From Bacteroidales bacterium (lineage in GTDB: Bacteria > Bacteroidota > Bacteroidia > Bacteroidales > UBA932): 64,000 bases of DNA. Under the pieces are notes generated by a model. That model searched no databases. It was not told the origin of the DNA and worked only from the letters and a program-made list of their open reading frames with translations. Shown here in pieces: positions 9,801 through 20,500 of the stretch (position 1 is its first letter; every line of letters starts with the position of its first letter). Location of the stretch: contig JAFUDV010000062.1 of the NCBI GenBank assembly GCA_017464245.1, forward strand, positions 2,546-66,545, written 5' to 3'. The translations under genes were made by a program, and so were the position numbers.

Positions 9801-10045
9801 CATCCAGCGACCGCTGGCTCACCGACGCCTCGTACCTGAACTTCCAGTCCTTCTCCCTGGGCTACACGTTCAACAAGGTCATCAAGGGCATCTCCCGGAT
9901 CCGCATCTATGCCGCCGGCGAAAACCTCTATTTCTGGTCCGCCCGTACCGGTCTCGACCCGCGTTACTCCTACTCCGGCAACACCTACGTTGCTGTTTAC
10001 TCCCCCGTCCGTACCATCTCCGGCGGTGTTCAAGTCACTTTCTAA
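6800..10045 (+). CDS. susC: SusC/RagA TonB-dependent outer membrane transporter (right copy)
   Basis: 1081 aa; DIESITVLKDAASAALYGARGAAGVILVTTK signature, WET, C-terminal Phe. Confidence 0.96.
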   Translation: MLMKKILVFFSAMVWMLVASVAWAQNVPVAGTVSDGNGDPIVGASVVLKSNTSVYALTDIEGRFRLNAPSNGVLVVSCLGYVGQEVGINGQNVLNISLEQDAQLLDETIVVAFGTTTKEAFTGSASVMKSEDLQKRQTTNVANALVGNVAGLQMRGASGAPGAGAGSMNIRGIASMYAGTDPLIIVDGAPYTASLSNIPQSDIESITVLKDAASAALYGARGAAGVILVTTKRTNTGNAIVNFDAKWGVNTRSIQDYETISDPGEYYEAAYAMLFNRNYYENGLATEAANLKANEDMIKYLGYQVFTVPTGEQLIGLDGKLNPKATLGYAIPVKDEAGKVLETYWLQPDNWKDQTYKKALRQEYTMSVNGGTNRSSFYASLGYLNEDGVIHYSGYQRITARLKADYKIKKWLKLAGNVGYVHSDTKSNPNMDTSLGSTNLMYYATAIAPIYPAFVRVLDASGNPVIRTDANGNQQYDYGVAGADYPVNRAFLQTGNPLGSNRYNTHYTIGNQFNGTFTADADITPWLKFNVSSNINWGNTMYHHYDNALYGPKVSINGELVKYQSNSFRTNNIQTLTFYKTFGEHSVNVLAGHEYYNSKTYYLSATAQGLFSPDIQEINASAKKADSSGYSSEYNVEGYFASAQYNLMEKYYLSASFRRDATSYFAKDHRWGNFWSVGGAWILSKENFMSNVDFIDLLKLKASIGQQGNDSIGSYRYTDLYTLVTSGTYTMSPSFSALGNVKITWETTTNMNVGAEFSMFRGRLSGNVDLYNKLTTDQLFWLSVPESAGARGYYGNMGDIRNLGWELSLKGQPVHTRLIDWDINFNISHNSTKIISLPEAKMVDPENGVYGFTESSRWLKVGGPLYNSFYHKYAGVNDKGEALYYIDTDLKGKTDRPGTKTDDTTTNPNVATYYETGSMLPKFFGGFGTGIRIGGFDASVTFDYQIGGKVYDSRYQNFMGAWADSGDAGSTFHKDWVKSWSVNNTSSDIPRWYYSDQYTAASSDRWLTDASYLNFQSFSLGYTFNKVIKGISRIRIYAAGENLYFWSARTGLDPRYSYSGNTYVAVYSPVRTISGGVQVTF

Positions 10046-10063
10046 AATAAGGAGGATAAACAT

Positions 10064-11737
10064 ATGAAAAAATCATTGATCATAGCCGTTATCGCCCTTG
10101 CCGCCTCTTTCTTCACCACCGGTTGCATCAAGGAAACCAATCCGATGACCAGCACGGTGACCGTCGCCCAGGCCGCGGCCGCCCCCGGTGCGTACCAGAA
10201 TTTCGTGGATGCCATCACCAGCTCGCTCTGCGGACAGTTCACCTATGGCGGCTCCAACAACTATCCCTGGGACTTCGGTTATCCGTCTTTCTTCCTGATG
10301 AGAGACGTGATGGGCAACGATATCGTCTGCGAAACTTCGGGTTCCGAGTGGTACTCCACCTGGTATGCCTGCGGTACCGGTCTGGGACCGGACTATGCCG
10401 TGTGCCAGCTTCCCTGGACCTACTACTACAAGTGGATCAAGAACTGCAACGTCGTGCTTTCCATGTACAAGGCCGATCCGACCGAGGACAAGGAAGCCGG
10501 AGCCGGTATCGCCTATGCGATGCGCGCCATGTTCTACATGGATATGGCCCGGATGTTCTGCCCGACCACCTATGGTGCCGACAAGGAAGCCATCACCGTT
10601 CCGCTCGTGCTGGATGACACCGAGTCTTCCGCGCTCATGAGCAATCCCCGCGCGACCAACGAGGTCATGTGGAACCAGATCATCGCCGACCTGGACGAGG
10701 CCGAAAAGCTGATCGCCGGTTACAGCCGTCCCGACAAGTACACCCCGGACCTCTCCGTCGTGTACGGCCTCAAGGCCCGCGCCTACCTGACCATGGAGAA
10801 CTGGAGCGAGGCCAGGAACTACGCCAAGAAGGCCCAGTCCGGCTACACGCTCATGACGAGCGCCCAGTATCACGACCAGAAGACCGGTTTCAACACGCCC
10901 AACGATTCCTGGATGTTCGCCCTTACCTTCAAGGCGGATGACCCCAATATCCTCAATAACGACGCCGACTCCTGCTGGGGTTCCCAGATGATTATCGAGG
11001 TGTCCGAGTCCGGTTGCGGCTATTCCGCCAACTATGTGGGTCCCAAGCGCATCGACTACCATCTGTTCCAGACCATTCCGGATACGGACTGGCGCAAGAC
11101 CTGCTGGGTGGACTTCGATATCGACGACCTGGGCAGCAAAGCCGCCATTGTCGAGGCGCTCTCCGCCTATTCCGATTCTCCGGAAGGCCTGTATGCGACG
11201 GGTTACACCCACTCCACGACCAAGTCTTACGTAGGCGGCATGCCTGTCAAGTTCCGTCCCAAGGACGGTGAGCACGCCGACCAGTACAAGGCTTTCACCG
11301 TGGCCGTTCCCCTGATGCGCGTGGAAGAGATGTACCTGATCGAGGCCGAGGCCGCCGGTATGATGAACGAGGGCGAGGGCAAGGCCCTCCTCGAGGCCTT
11401 CGCCAAGACCCGCGACGCTTCCTACAAGTACGGTGACCACACGGACACCTATTACAACTCCAAGACCCCGATGTTCCAGAACGAAGTCTGGTGGCAGCGC
11501 CGCGTCGAGCTCTGGGGTGAAGGTTTCGCCACCTTCGACATCAAGCGTCTCCAGAAGGGTATCATCCGCAGCTATCCGGATTCCAACCACCCCGAGGACA
11601 ACCGCTGGAATTCCGAAACCACCCCGCAGTGGATGACGCTCTGCATCGTCCGTACCGAGACTAATTACAACAAGGCCTGCGAGCAGAATCCTACGCCGAT
11701 CAAGCCCACGCAGGATTCCGATGAATATACTTGGTAA
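10064..11737 (+). CDS. susD: SusD/RagB family lipoprotein
   Basis: Lipobox TTGC; GLKARAYL, LMRVEEMYLIEAEA, QRRVELWGEG..FDIKR motifs. Confidence 0.93.
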   Translation: MKKSLIIAVIALAASFFTTGCIKETNPMTSTVTVAQAAAAPGAYQNFVDAITSSLCGQFTYGGSNNYPWDFGYPSFFLMRDVMGNDIVCETSGSEWYSTWYACGTGLGPDYAVCQLPWTYYYKWIKNCNVVLSMYKADPTEDKEAGAGIAYAMRAMFYMDMARMFCPTTYGADKEAITVPLVLDDTESSALMSNPRATNEVMWNQIIADLDEAEKLIAGYSRPDKYTPDLSVVYGLKARAYLTMENWSEARNYAKKAQSGYTLMTSAQYHDQKTGFNTPNDSWMFALTFKADDPNILNNDADSCWGSQMIIEVSESGCGYSANYVGPKRIDYHLFQTIPDTDWRKTCWVDFDIDDLGSKAAIVEALSAYSDSPEGLYATGYTHSTTKSYVGGMPVKFRPKDGEHADQYKAFTVAVPLMRVEEMYLIEAEAAGMMNEGEGKALLEAFAKTRDASYKYGDHTDTYYNSKTPMFQNEVWWQRRVELWGEGFATFDIKRLQKGIIRSYPDSNHPEDNRWNSETTPQWMTLCIVRTETNYNKACEQNPTPIKPTQDSDEYTW

Positions 11738-11755
11738 TTTTAAAGAGCAGATTCT

Positions 11756-12598
11756 ATGAAAAAGTATATCTATATCATTCTCGCTGCTACAGCCGCTTTA
11801 TCCCTGTCTTCCTGCCAGAAGGAAGTGGGAACCCTGGCCGGAAACGATACGGCTCCGCATGCGGTGCTCACGACCTTCGCCCCGGGCGACGAATATGATT
11901 CCGACTGCGACGTAGCCGTGCGCTTCACGGCGAACGATGTCACCACCGACCTGTACTACCTGGCTGAAAAGACGGCGGACAAGAATGCCCGCAACATGTC
12001 GGACGAACAGTATGCGGATTACGTCGTAAGCAATGGAACGAAGGTAACGACTTCGGTGAACCAGATCGACGGTTCCCAGTCCGCGGACGTGGTCCTGCAG
12101 TCGCTCTTCGGTGACAACACCATTTCCGTCGTCGCCAGCAACGGCAGCGCCAAGCATCTGGCTTCCACCACGTTCTCCGGTTTGCAGTGGGTTACGCTTG
12201 CCACGGGTACCTTCGAGTCCAAGAAGATGTCCGCCCTGGGCATACCGGCTATGAAGACTTCGCTGCAGAAGTGTGAACAGCTGGAAGGAACCTACCGTTT
12301 CAAGGACCTGTACAAGAAGGGTTATCACTATGTGTTCAAGACGCAGGGTAAAGCCCAGACGGATGCCGACGGGGACACGTTCTACTATGTCACGGTGGCC
12401 GGTCAGGAAATCGGTCTCACCTATGGCTCCTATGGCAACATCTCCGTCAGAGACGTCGCCACTTGGCAGGGCAATGACGCTTATCTCCAGTACAATACTT
12501 TCTACCCGGATTACAACTATGTGATCATCTGGGCCCAGTACTATGTGAGTGCGGGCAACCTCGGATACGATGACGATATCTTCACGGCGGACGAGTAG
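11756..12598 (+). CDS. Surface lipoprotein of unknown function (SusCD accessory)
   Basis: MKKYIYIIL...LSSC lipobox; operon position. Confidence 0.8.
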   Translation: MKKYIYIILAATAALSLSSCQKEVGTLAGNDTAPHAVLTTFAPGDEYDSDCDVAVRFTANDVTTDLYYLAEKTADKNARNMSDEQYADYVVSNGTKVTTSVNQIDGSQSADVVLQSLFGDNTISVVASNGSAKHLASTTFSGLQWVTLATGTFESKKMSALGIPAMKTSLQKCEQLEGTYRFKDLYKKGYHYVFKTQGKAQTDADGDTFYYVTVAGQEIGLTYGSYGNISVRDVATWQGNDAYLQYNTFYPDYNYVIIWAQYYVSAGNLGYDDDIFTADE

Positions 12599-12620
12599 CC
12601 TGACCTTCCCTACAAACAGA

Positions 12621-12658
12621 AAGTTCCCCGGATGTTTCGATCCGGGGAACCTTTTTTT
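12621..12658. terminator. Intrinsic terminator, probably bidirectional
   Basis: 11-bp stem GTTCCCCGGAT/ATCCGGGGAAC followed by a T-run, between convergent genes. Confidence 0.85.
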
Positions 12659-12673
12659 ATCTGACAGGAGAAT

Positions 12674-13417
12674 TTACTCGCTGAAGCGGGCAGCGAGATA
12701 CTCGCGGTTCAGGCGGGCGATGTGGTCGATGGTGACATGCTTCGGGCACTCCATCTCGCAGGCGCGGGTGTTCGTGCAGTTGCCGAAGCCCAGTTCGTCC
12801 ATCTTGGCGACCATCGCGCGGGCGCGGCGGGCGGCTTCCGGCTTACCCTGCGGCAGCAGGGCGAGGGAACTCACACGGGCGGCCACGAACAGCATCGCAG
12901 AGCCGTTCTTGCAGGTGGCGACGCAGGCGCCGCAACCGACGCAGGCGGCGGCATCCATGGACAGTTCCGCATCATCGTGCGGGATGAGGATGGTGTTGGC
13001 ATCCTGCGCGGCACCGGTGCGGACGGAAACGAAACCACCGGCCTGGAGGATCTTGTCGAAGGCCTGACGGTCCACGACGAGGTCCTTGATCACCGGGAAG
13101 GCGGCGGAGCGCCAAGGTTCCACGGTGATGGTGGCACCCGGCTTGAAATGACGCATAAAGAGCTGGCAGGTAGTCACCTGGTCGTCCGGACCATGGGCAC
13201 GGCCGTCCACATACAGGGAGCAGGCGCCGCAGATACCCTCACGGCAGTCGTGGTCGAAGGCGATGGGCTCCACACCCTGGCGGATGAGCTGGTCATTGAG
13301 GATGTCCAGCATCTCGAGGAAGGAGGCATCCTCCTCCACATCGGTGACATGATAGGTCTCGAAGTGACCCTTTGCCTTGGCGTTCTTCTGACGCCACACT
13401 TTCACGTTATATTCCAT
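12674..13417 (-). CDS. sdhB: Succinate dehydrogenase/fumarate reductase iron-sulfur subunit
   Basis: [33 protein letters not shown] cysteine motifs. Confidence 0.96.
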   Translation of the reverse strand: MEYNVKVWRQKNAKAKGHFETYHVTDVEEDASFLEMLDILNDQLIRQGVEPIAFDHDCREGICGACSLYVDGRAHGPDDQVTTCQLFMRHFKPGATITVEPWRSAAFPVIKDLVVDRQAFDKILQAGGFVSVRTGAAQDANTILIPHDDAELSMDAAACVGCGACVATCKNGSAMLFVAARVSSLALLPQGKPEAARRARAMVAKMDELGFGNCTNTRACEMECPKHVTIDHIARLNREYLAARFSE

Positions 13418-13425
13418 AATCGTCG

Positions 13426-15375
13426 TTAGTCTTTATAGTTACGGGTCGCAATCTTGATGTTCTCATACTTGAGCGGCTCCTTGTGGAGTTCCGGCTCCTT
13501 GCCTTCGCCCTTGTATTCCCAGGCGCCCACATACATGAAGTTCTCGTCGTCACGCTTGGTCTCGCCTTCTTCCGTCTGCATTTCCTCGCGGAAGTGACCG
13601 CCACAGGATTCCCGACGGTTCAGGGCGTCGCGCGCCATCAGCTCGCCGATGTCGAAGAAATCCACGAGACGAAGGGCCTTCTCGAGCTCCTGGTTGAACT
13701 CCTCGTTCGTACCGGGGACGCGGACGGTCTTCCAGAACTCCTTGCGGAGAGCCTCGATTTCCTCGATGGCCTTCTTCAGGCCGGCCTCGTTGCGGGCCAT
13801 GCCCACATACTCCCACATGATGTGGCCGAGCTTCTTGTGGATGCTGTCCACGGTCTCGGTACCCTTGACGGCGAAGATCCTGTCAATGCGCTCGCGAACC
13901 TTCTTTTCGGCCTCGGCGAACTCAGGGGCGTTGATGTCGGTCTTGGGCTCCGCGAACTTGTGGGACAGGTAGTCGCCGATCGTGTACGGGAGGATGAAGT
14001 AACCGTCGGCCAGGCCCTGCATGAGGGCGGAGGCGCCGAGACGGTTTCCGCCGTGGTCGGAGAAGTTGGCCTCACCGATGGCGTACAGGCCCGGGATCGT
14101 GGTCTGGAGGTCATAATCGACCCAGAGACCGCCCATGGTGTAGTGGATGGCCGGATAGATCATCATCGGCTCCTCCCAAGGGGAAGAGGAGGTGATCTTC
14201 TCGTACATCTGGAACAGGTTGCCGTAGCGCTCCTCAACCCGCTGGTGACCGAGGCGCTTGATGGCGTCGGCGAAGTCCAGGAAGACGGCGAGGCCGGTCT
14301 CGTTCACGCCATAGCCGGCGTCGCAGCGCTCTTTGGCGGCGCGGGAGGCGACGTCACGGGGAACCAGGTTTCCGAAGGCCGGATAACGGCGCTCCAGGTA
14401 GTAGTCGCGGCGCTCCTCAGGGATCTGGGAAGGCTTGATTTCGTGCTTGCGGAGCTTGATGACATCCTCCATGTTGTTCGGAACCCAGATACGGCCGTCG
14501 TTACGGAGGGACTCGGACATCAGCGTAAGCTTGCACTGCTGGTCACCGTGGACCGGGATGCAGGTCGGGTGGATCTGCGCGAAGCAGGGGTTCGCGAAGA
14601 AAGCGCCCTTGCGGTAGGCCTGCATGGCGGCGGAACCGTTGGAATTCATCGCGTTGGTGGAGAGGAAGTAGGTGTTTCCGTAACCACCGGTGGCGAGGAC
14701 CACGGCGTGGGCGCCGAAACGCTCCAGTTCACCGGTCACGAGGTTGCGGGCGATGATACCCTTGGCCTGGCCGTTGATAACGACGAGGTCCAGCATCTCG
14801 TGGCGCGGATAGCTCTTCACGGTACCGGCGGCGATTTCCTTGTTCAGGGCCGCGTAGGCGCCGAGGAGGAGCTGCTGGCCGGTTTGTCCGCGGGCGTAGA
14901 AGGTACGGGACACCTGCACGCCGCCGAAGGAGCGGTTCGCAAGATATCCGCCGTACTCATGGGCGAAAGGAACGCCCTGGGCCACGCACTGGTCGATGAT
15001 CGACGCACTTACCTCGGCAAGACGGTACACATTGGCTTCGCGGGAACGGTAGTCGCCACCCTTGATCGTGTCGTAGAACAGACGATAGATGGAGTCATTG
15101 TCGTTTTGGTAGTTCTTCGCGGCGTTGATACCGCCCTGGGCGGCGATGGAGTGCGCCCGGCGCGGAGAATCGGAGATGCAGAAAATCTTGACGTTGTATC
15201 CGAGCTCGCCCAGGGACGCAGCTGCGGACGCACCGCCCAGACCGGTTCCCACCACGATCACCTCGAGCTTCCGCTTGTTGTTCGGAGAGACGATCCGGAT
15301 CTCGGCCTTGCGCTTCGACCATTTCTCGGCGAGGGGGCCTTCCGGAATCTTGGAGATAAGTTTAGTATCGGCCAT
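13426..15375 (-). CDS. sdhA: Succinate dehydrogenase/fumarate reductase flavoprotein subunit
   Basis: [46 protein letters not shown]. Confidence 0.96.
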   Translation of the reverse strand: MADTKLISKIPEGPLAEKWSKRKAEIRIVSPNNKRKLEVIVVGTGLGGASAAASLGELGYNVKIFCISDSPRRAHSIAAQGGINAAKNYQNDNDSIYRLFYDTIKGGDYRSREANVYRLAEVSASIIDQCVAQGVPFAHEYGGYLANRSFGGVQVSRTFYARGQTGQQLLLGAYAALNKEIAAGTVKSYPRHEMLDLVVINGQAKGIIARNLVTGELERFGAHAVVLATGGYGNTYFLSTNAMNSNGSAAMQAYRKGAFFANPCFAQIHPTCIPVHGDQQCKLTLMSESLRNDGRIWVPNNMEDVIKLRKHEIKPSQIPEERRDYYLERRYPAFGNLVPRDVASRAAKERCDAGYGVNETGLAVFLDFADAIKRLGHQRVEERYGNLFQMYEKITSSSPWEEPMMIYPAIHYTMGGLWVDYDLQTTIPGLYAIGEANFSDHGGNRLGASALMQGLADGYFILPYTIGDYLSHKFAEPKTDINAPEFAEAEKKVRERIDRIFAVKGTETVDSIHKKLGHIMWEYVGMARNEAGLKKAIEEIEALRKEFWKTVRVPGTNEEFNQELEKALRLVDFFDIGELMARDALNRRESCGGHFREEMQTEEGETKRDDENFMYVGAWEYKGEGKEPELHKEPLKYENIKIATRNYKD

Positions 15376-15431
15376 ATCGGTTAAGGATTTTTGTTGTAAG
15401 TTTCAAATAGTTTGCAATTTTACGCAAAAAA

Positions 15432-15466
15432 CCGGATAAATCCAATTAATTATAGGACTTATCCGG
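15432..15466. promoter_or_regulatory. Inverted repeat upstream of sdhA (terminator or operator)
   Basis: CCGGATAAATCC ... GGACTTATCCGG (11/12 complementary). Confidence 0.45.
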
Positions 15467-15471
15467 AATTT

Positions 15472-16266
15472 CTACGGCCTCATTCCTTTTTCCGTATAAG
15501 GATGATACGGATTCTTGTCAGGGGAGCCGAGGGATGCCCACATCGTGCCTCCCTCGAAGACGACGGCGGCGGTGGTGATGGGACGGAGGATGGGAGCGCC
15601 GCTGCGGGAAATCTTGTTGATCAGGAAATCATGGTCCCATTCGGCGATGGGAATGCAGGTTTCGGCCAGGAGTTCCGAGGCCTTTTCGTAGCGGTCCACA
15701 CCCTTGCGGTCCGCCTCGCGGCCCTGCCAGGTGAAGTTCGTCACCACACGGTATCCCTTCTCTTCCTCATTGACATCGTACCGGGCCCGGACGCGCCAGT
15801 TATCAACCTCGTAATAAACGGCACCGCCCTTCGCGTCGATGACGCCGAAGTTGGCTTCCACGCCCATCGGCTTGGAAAGCGTGTCCAGGAAATGGTCGAA
15901 ATCCTCCACGGTCGCGCACACTTCCAGCGCCCGGAACATCAGGACGCCCTCCTTGTCCATCTTCTCCGCCGGAACATCGTCTTCCTTGAGGTCGTAGGTC
16001 GCCGTGTTCATGATGCAGAACCCGGCGCTGTTGGTCCCGGCCCAGGCTTCCCGCTCCGCCGGACCGTCCGTATTGACCAGGGCGATGAAACTGTACTTCT
16101 CCCCCTGGAACCACTTGATATCGTTCGTCTTATGGCTCGTATCCCGGTGCTTGAGCATCACCGGCTTCCCGTCGGCCCGCACCTTCCCGCTGACAATCAC
16201 CGACGTGCAGCAGAATGCCGGAAGGGTTAAAATTGAAAAGATGAACAGTAAAAACAGCTTTTTCAT
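15472..16266 (-). CDS. Secreted Ntn-hydrolase (peptidase C45/C69, carcinine hydrolase-like)
   Basis: Signal peptide then CTSVIVSGK...KHRD with an N-terminal nucleophile Cys; GTNSAGFCIMN. Confidence 0.75.
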   Translation of the reverse strand: MKKLFLLFIFSILTLPAFCCTSVIVSGKVRADGKPVMLKHRDTSHKTNDIKWFQGEKYSFIALVNTDGPAEREAWAGTNSAGFCIMNTATYDLKEDDVPAEKMDKEGVLMFRALEVCATVEDFDHFLDTLSKPMGVEANFGVIDAKGGAVYYEVDNWRVRARYDVNEEEKGYRVVTNFTWQGREADRKGVDRYEKASELLAETCIPIAEWDHDFLINKISRSGAPILRPITTAAVVFEGGTMWASLGSPDKNPYHPYTEKGMRP

Positions 16267-16267
16267 A

Positions 16268-17308
16268 TCAAAACAAACTTCCGCTTTCTTCCGGGTTGTA
16301 TTTCCGCTGGGGCAGGAGGGATTCCAGGCCCATGTGCGCGTAGGCGAGTTCGGTGGCGACGCGGCCGCGCTGGGTGCGGATGAGGAAGCCTTCCTTGATC
16401 AGGAAGGGTTCGTACACTTCCTCCAGGGTGCCGGCGTCCTCGGAGATGGAGGTGGCGAGGGTGCCCACGCCCACCGGACCGCCCTTGAACAGGGTGATCA
16501 GCGTCCGGAGGATCTTGTGGTCGATGGAATCCAGGCCGCGCTTGTCGATCTTGAGCTTGTTCAGGGCGAAGCGGGCGATTTCCAGGTTGATGCGCCCGTC
16601 CCCGAGCACCTGAGCAAAGTCCCGCACCCGCTTGAGCAGCGCATTGGCGATACGGGCCGTGCCGCGGCTGCGGAGGGCGATTTCATAGGCCGCATCCCCG
16701 TCGATCTCGATATTCATGATGGTGGCGCTCCGGATGACGATCTTCCGGAGGTCGTCCGTATCATAGTATTCCAGCGCGCAATTGATGCCGAACCGGTCGC
16801 GAAGGGGAGCCGTCAGGAGGCCGCTCCGCGTCGTCGCCCCCACCAAGGTGAAGGGATTCAGCGAGATTCGGACGCTCCGCGCCCCCGGTCCCTTGTCGAT
16901 CATGATGTCGATGACATAGTCCTCCATCGCGGAGTACAGGTATTCCTCCACTTCCGGAGAAAGCCGGTGGATTTCGTCGATGAACAGCACATCTCCCTTC
17001 TCCAGGGAGGTGAGAAGGCCCGCCAGGTCGCCCGGCTTGTCCAGCACGGGGCCGCTCGTCACCTTCATGTTCACGCCCATCTCGTTCGCGATGATATGCG
17101 CCAGGGTGGTCTTTCCGAGTCCCGGAGGACCGTGGAACAGCGTGTGGTCCAAGGCTTCGCCGCGCATCTTCGCGGCCTTGATATAAATCTCCAGGTTGGA
17201 AACGATTTCCTTCTGTCCGGTGAAATCATCCAGCTCCTGCGGGCGGATAATTCCGTCCAATTCACTATCTTTGCGGTCAACTGTGCTGCGGGGATCGAAT
17301 TCGCTCAT
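16268..17308 (-). CDS. ruvB: Holliday junction branch migration helicase RuvB
   Basis: [29 protein letters not shown]; start taken at ATG 17308. Confidence 0.97.
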   Translation of the reverse strand: MSEFDPRSTVDRKDSELDGIIRPQELDDFTGQKEIVSNLEIYIKAAKMRGEALDHTLFHGPPGLGKTTLAHIIANEMGVNMKVTSGPVLDKPGDLAGLLTSLEKGDVLFIDEIHRLSPEVEEYLYSAMEDYVIDIMIDKGPGARSVRISLNPFTLVGATTRSGLLTAPLRDRFGINCALEYYDTDDLRKIVIRSATIMNIEIDGDAAYEIALRSRGTARIANALLKRVRDFAQVLGDGRINLEIARFALNKLKIDKRGLDSIDHKILRTLITLFKGGPVGVGTLATSISEDAGTLEEVYEPFLIKEGFLIRTQRGRVATELAYAHMGLESLLPQRKYNPEESGSLF

Positions 17309-17334
17309 CGTCAGGGTCCGGTCTTTACTGGTAC

Positions 17335-17575
17335 AAATATAGTTTATTTTATTTGAAATTGGATGATAATGATGTTTGTGTGGAAATGTTGAAAACTCCA
17401 TAAACACCTGATAATCATCCTACATAGCTCCTTGAAAGCTGTTGAAAACGCTGTTCTTTCCGATGGAAAAACCGGTGGATAACCGGGACGGAATTTTCCG
17501 GTGAGGTTATCAACATCTCCGTCAACAGGGTTATCAACAGGTTTTCAACAGGCATTTTGGGCAATATGTTGATAA
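17335..17575. other. Candidate replication origin (DnaA-box cluster plus AT-rich flank)
   Basis: 9-mers TTATCAACA (17507, 17531), TTTTCAACA (17542), TGTTGAAAA (17387, 17440), TGTTGATAA (17567), GGTGGATAA (17474), TGTGGAAAT (17379). Confidence 0.65.
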
Positions 17576-20500
17576 GCGCAACATCGACACAGCTGCTCCG
17601 CCGCAGGATGGAATCCGGGAAGGAAACGTTCTGCAGCGGGCTGTTCTTGTCTGCACGCTGGTTCGTCGTATCCCAGGCGGCGGAAAAAGGCGTCCACCTG
17701 GTGGTCCTTCCTACCAAGGAAGCGGCGGAATACTGCTCTTCCGATCTATACAACCTCGTGGAGGGAGACCGCGTCTTCTTCCTTCCCGACAGCGGCGGCG
17801 CCGTGGAACGGAGCAATTACAAGTCGTCCCTGGGCGTCCAGCGGACGGCTGCCGTGGGTAAGATGATGGATCCGGGGGAAGGAAAACTTTTCATCGTCAC
17901 TTATCCGGAAGCGCTGGAAGAGCCGGTCCCGGAGGAAAAGAAACTCGCCGGCGCGCTCTTCACCGTCCGGACCGGGGAGGAAATCAGCTACGAAAAAGTG
18001 AAGGAAATCCTGGGAAACCAGGGATTCGAACGGGTGGACTTCGTATCGGCTCCGGGCCAGTACGCCATCCGCGGCGCGGTCATCGACATTTTCTCCTATT
18101 CCCTGGAATATCCCTACCGCCTGACTTTCTTCGGAAACGAGGTGGAAAAGATCCATACCTTCGACTGCAACACCCAGCTGTCCAAGGAGACCATGGACAG
18201 GGCCGATATCTACCCGGACATCATCGCCGGGAATCCGGAGGAAGGCGGCGTCAGCGTCCTGACGCTCCTGAAAAAGGATGCGACGGTGTGGCTGGATTCG
18301 TCCGACATGTACCGGGAACGGGACTTCTTTCCGCTGCTGACGGAATTCCGCCACGTGTATCTGGACATTCCGCTTTCCCGGCAGAACGAGGAGAGCGTTG
18401 CCTTCTACATCACGCCGCAGCCGGTTTTCAACAAGAACTTCGAACTGCTGCTGTCGGACATCCGGACCCGGATGGAAAACGGGTACAAGGTTCAGATATT
18501 CGGCGAGAAGGAGGCGCAGCTGGAACGTCTCCGGTCCATTATCCTCCAGGATGAGCATGCGCTTCTTCCGGAATTCGTGAAGGGAAAAGTCATTCACGCG
18601 GGGTTCATCGACAACCAGGACAGGATATGCTGCTATTCCGACCATGAAATCTTCGACCGCTTTCACCGGGTGCGCCTCCGCCGGACGGTGGAAAAGTCGG
18701 AACAGCTCACGCTCAATGACCTCAGCGCCTTCAACATCGGCGATTACATCGTCCATATCGACCATGGCGTGGGGGTGTTCGGCGGTTTGGTGAAGATGGC
18801 CGACGACAAGGGCCGCATCCACGAAGTGGTGAAACTCATGTACAGGGACAACGACGTGGTTTTCGTCTCCGTCCATTCCCTGCACAAGATTTCCCGCTTC
18901 CGGTCCAAGGAGGGGGAGATGCCCCGGATCAACAAGCTCGGGTCCAAGGCCTGGACGACGATGAAGTCCTCGGCCAAGTCCCGCGTGAAGGACATCGCCA
19001 AGGAACTCATCCAGCTGTATGCCCGCCGGAAGGCCTCGAAGGGATATGCTTTCTCGCCGGACAATTACCTCCAGGAAGAGCTGGAATCTTCCTTCATGTA
19101 TGAGGATACGCCGGACCAGGAAAAGGCGACCAAGGCGGTCAAGGAGGACATGGAGGACATCTGCCCGATGGACCGGCTCGTGTGCGGCGACGTGGGATTC
19201 GGAAAGACGGAAGTGGCCATCCGGGCCGCCTTCAAGGCCGTGTGCGACTCCAAGCAGGTGGCCGTGCTGGTACCGACAACCATCCTTGCCCTTCAGCATT
19301 TCGAGACTTTCAAGGCGCGCTTGAAGAACCTCCCCTGCACGGTGGAATATGTGAGCCGTCTCCGGACGGCGAAGGAAATCACGGACATCAAGAAAAAGTT
19401 GAAGGAAGGTCAGATAGACATTCTGATCGGCACGCACAAAGTGCTGGGTGCCGGCTTCGGATTCAAGGACCTGGGTCTTCTCATCATCGACGAGGAACAG
19501 AAATTCGGCGTCGGGGCGAAGGAGAAGCTCCGCCAGCTCAAGGCTTCGGTCGATACCCTCACGCTCACGGCGACCCCGATCCCCCGTACCCTCCAGTTCT
19601 CGCTGCTGGGTGCCCGCGACCTCAGCATCATCAACACGCCGCCGCCGAACCGGATTCCCATCCAGACGGAAATCATCCTCTTCGACGAGCAGGAAATCAA
19701 GGGCATCATCGGGTACGAACTCAACCGCGGCGGCCAGATCTTCTTCCTGCACAACAAGGTGGAGGAACTGCCGGCCATCCACGACATCCTGCACCGGCTG
19801 GTGCCGGACATGCGCATCTGCGTCGCCCATGGACAGATGGAGGCGAAGGAACTGGAAAACAAGATGCTGGACTTCATGCGGGGGGACTATGACATGCTCC
19901 TGTGCACGACCATCATCGAGAACGGACTGGATATCCCGAATGCCAACACGATCATCGTGAATCAGGCCCAGAACATCGGCCTGAGCGACCTGCACCAGCT
20001 CCGCGGCCGGGTGGGACGGTCCAATCGGAAAGCTTTCTGCTACCTGGTGGTTCCTCCCCTCGTGTCCATCACGGACGATGCCCGGAGGCGTCTCCGCGCC
20101 ATCGAGGAGTTTTCCGACCTGGGCAGCGGGTTCAACATTGCGATGCAGGACCTGGACATCCGCGGCGCCGGCAACCTCCTGGGTGCCGAACAGAGCGGCT
20201 TCATCACCGACATGGGTTTCGAGACCTACCAGAAAATCCTGTCCGAGGCGATGGAGGAACTGGGCATGGAAACGGGCATCGTCACCCGCGGAACGCAGGA
20301 AACCTTCGTGGAGGACTGCACCGTGGAAACCGACCAGCCGGCCCTCATCCCGGACGATTACATCGACGTAACCGCGGAAAAGATCCGCATATACAAGCAG
20401 TTGGACAGCCTGACCGACGACCGGGAGATCGACCGCCTGGGCCGCCAGCTCGAAGACCGCTTCGGACCGATGCCCGCGGAGGTCAGGAACCTGCTCGACG

